Source: Phallusia mammillata (taxonomy: Eukaryota). From it: a DNA stretch of 64,000 nucleotides. Shown here in pieces: positions 61,601 to 64,000 of this stretch. The stretch is taken from assembly GCA_965637545.1 (NCBI GenBank), contig OZ281498.1:18228001-18292000 (forward strand). The letters are read 5' to 3'. The notes below the pieces were generated by a model. That model ran no database searches and was not told the DNA's origin. It worked only from the letters and a program-made list of their open reading frames with translations. Within the stretch, counting starts at the first letter, position 1. Every line of letters begins with the position of its first letter. The position numbers were made by a program, and so were the translations under genes.

Positions 61601-64000
61601 TTGATCCGAACATTTCCATAACTATATGCGCATTTTAGAAAGTGTTTTTAAAGCATTGTTGGGTATTGAGTTTCCCAAAACAAGTTTTCAACAATTGCAG
61701 TCTTTAGGTGTTTGCATTTTCAGTCGCTATAACGAAACATCTGTTGTATTGCAAAAAAGAGTATTATCACTTTTAGGGGGTCCATGAACGGAAAAATTCA
61801 CAAACTGTGCAAATCTTACTGTGTTTAAATTCTAGGAGGTTTCTGGGTCGGAAGCACCGCAAGAGTTGGAGCTTGGGCGAGAACCGAACCTCCCTATTCA
61901 AAGCAAATAAACGTTGTGTATGATCGATGTTACAACGGAATAGCAAGTGAAGTTATAACGACTGTCATCGGAGACAAAAGATGGTCTGAAACGTTTAGAG
62001 CCACTATTATCAACATTTATGATTGGGGATTTCAAGCTGAGGTAGAAAGAACGGACCAAAACTTCGCTTGGACACAAAGAGGTGTCGATATGCATTGGAA
62101 GTTGTTTTATGGTAAGCAGTTTTAATTGTAAAAACAGCCGCTCAAGCCTACCTTATAAAGAATATAAAAAAATGTACTTGTAATTGTCGCTGTTGAGCAT
62201 TTGACAACAAAGTCTAAAGAGCGAGGCACCACAGAACACCTGCATGACCTGACATTAAAACTAGTTAAGGTTTTTCAAAATAACAACTTTAGTAATACAT
62301 CAAATCCATCAACAGCATGTCTTAAACTGACGATCACTGTTTGCCTTTTTAACTATAATACAGTAAAACCAATGGACTATAAAATCCTTGGTATAACAGA
62401 ATCAGTCGGTTCATTTGAACGGTTCATTGATTTTATAGTCCATTAGTTAAGGTTTTTGTGTTGTAGAAAAATAACAGGTAACAGGTAAACAATTTTGCAA
62501 ATGCTGTAAAACCGACTTTGGTTTGCAGATACGGAAGATTATTTAACAAATCCATGTTTAAACGAGGGAACCTGTACCAACAGTGCAACTGGGCAAGTCT
62601 GTCAGTGTCCTCCACAGTATGGGGGAGATCGCTGTCAAACAAGTAAGTTTGGGCTTGAATCATGCCTGAAGCCAACAAACTTAAAACAGCACTTGCAAAG
62701 TAGCTTGCAATTAGGTTTGCGGCTTGTCACAAACAAATAGGTTTCTTAGAAGTACAAGTTTTAATCATTTTTTTATCTCATTACAAAGTTTACGGGTAAA
62801 GGCTAATGATCGACTTGTTTGCAGGCTATAATACGTATACAATAAAACACAAAATTGCCAGACGGAGACCCGTCCTAAACCCAAACATTTTAGGTCTCCA
62901 TTGCGCCAGAAATTGTATTTACTGAATAATCAAAGTAAAGTACGAAATCTGTTACCAGAATGTTTAAAACGACGTTGTAGCGGTTTGACTATACTTCACC
63001 AGCCATAAAAGTCACTGTTATGATGTATGCACAATAAGTTTCAAAGTTTGATACCAACGGACGTATTTTGCTTCCAAGGACTTGTGTATTGTTATCCCAA
63101 TCCTTGCAATGGAGGAACCTGTTCAGAATCGGATAATGGTTACAACTGCACATGCCCAACAGGAACAACAGGAAGAAATTGCACTCAGGGTAAATTTCCT
63201 GGAAGTGCATTGTTAGCAGTTTATGTAAGCTTAAAATAGCATGACTTTGTGGTTGCGGCTTGGGACGATATTCTAAAAAATGACTGAATAGCTATTGCCA
63301 CTAACTTCAACTTGGCTTCTCTTTTTTAGCCACCAGTGTAAAGCACAAAATCAATTCGATAAAACACCATTTTATAAACTGACTTATATAACTTACATTT
63401 TTAGGTTACGAAGAAGGCGCCGTTATCCTATCACTCGAAGAAAGTAAAAACAGCATGACATCTATATTACTTTACACGACGTGCAAGAGCGAACCTGCCA
63501 TTGAAATTCTGCCGTTAGTTGACCATCAGTTCTCTGCTGATGTCGGAGTTAGAGTGCTCAGCCTTTATCAATGGGGATTTCAAATAAAGATCTGGAGGAA
63601 GAAAAATAAAACAAGCTCCGCAAACATTTCAGCGCTGATCCAATGGAGAGCAGTTTTCCGTAAGAGCTCAAAAAATAGTTTTCCAATCTTTTAGTAGGTA
63701 ACAATTTTTTTATAAGGAGACTATAACCTAGTATTTCGTCGCTATAGGATCAATAAACAACGAAGCAAACCCGTGTGAAAACGGAGGCACGTGCAGAAAC
63801 ATAGAAACAGGAACAATGTGTGAGTGTGCAGAACTTACAACAGGACCATTGTGTGAAACTCGTAAGTTGACCAATACAATCCTATGGTTAACACAAGCAG
63901 TAAATGCAACTTCCTGAAAATGAATTATGTTTAAAGGTTTAACACACTGTGCATCTTCTCCATGCATGAACGGGGGAACTTGCGTACCAACTAGGAATTA
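55681..64000 (+). CDS. Gene F: tandem duplicate of gene E, signal peptide + at least 6x[D + EGF + EGF]; runs off the right end
   Basis: Exons: SP 55681-55750 ([24 protein letters not shown]); D 56030-56299; EGF 56450-56563, 57522-57632; D 57996-58253; EGF 58649-58762, 59143-59256; D 59542-59817; EGF 60055-60171, 60424-60534; D 60644-60916; EGF 61086-61199, 61393-61503; D 61836-62111; EGF 62529-62642, 63079-63189; D 63405-63659; EGF 63748-63861, 63937->64000. Colinear exon-for-exon with E, including similar introns. Confidence 0.87.
58393..58556. repeat. Palindromic repeat (~70-bp imperfect arms)
   Basis: CATTTTAATGGTG...CAAACGTTTCG versus CGAAACATTTG...CACCATTAAAATG; a related shorter copy at ~35740-35805. 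Confidence 0.7.

Noticed and set aside
1-64000. Treating the short ORF-track entries as separate genes
   Set aside because: Most are read-throughs of single exons into introns, antisense shadows of exons, or chance ORFs; canonical splice sites join the real exons in frame.
70-64000. Notch, Crumbs, fibropellin or fibrillin orthology
   Set aside because: No transmembrane, LNR, ankyrin, laminin-G, CUB, avidin or TB domains were seen, the calcium-binding EGF consensus is largely absent, and the EGFs come in pairs separated by D.
1-64000. CRISPR array or prokaryotic operon
   Set aside because: The sequence has spliceosomal introns and no regularly spaced short direct repeats with unique spacers.

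Overview
Eukaryotic, AT-rich genomic DNA with short GT-AG introns. The compact introns and invertebrate-type repeats suggest a marine invertebrate, possibly a tunicate, but that is inference only. Almost the whole window is a tandem array of six paralogous multi-exon genes plus one decayed 5' fragment. Four genes (labelled A-D here) are on the minus strand and two (E, F) on the plus strand, with D and E head-to-head. Each gene encodes a predicted secreted protein with no transmembrane segment seen: a signal peptide followed by 4-9 copies of a three-exon module, [~85-92 aa domain 'D'] + [5-Cys EGF-like] + [6-Cys EGF-like]. Every internal exon is phase 1-1. By manual splice-site reading the window holds 38 D exons and 75 EGF exons, and most EGF exons are missing from the ORF track. 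Domain D (consensus roughly V.Y..C...A..V...V.G.....D.F.ATI..IY.WGF.V.V.RTD.....W.Q..V.L.W.A.FG) resembles the H-type lectin fold by eye; this is unverified. Nearly every D has one Cys and is always followed by an EGF lacking Cys1, which suggests an inter-domain disulfide. Introns and intergenic DNA carry hAT-type MITEs with 8-bp TSDs, an LTR end with a tRNA-Trp primer-binding site, a tRNA-like SINE, a 156-bp perfect inverted repeat, and two families of short elements carrying hammerhead-ribozyme motifs, several flanked by 11-13-bp TSDs.
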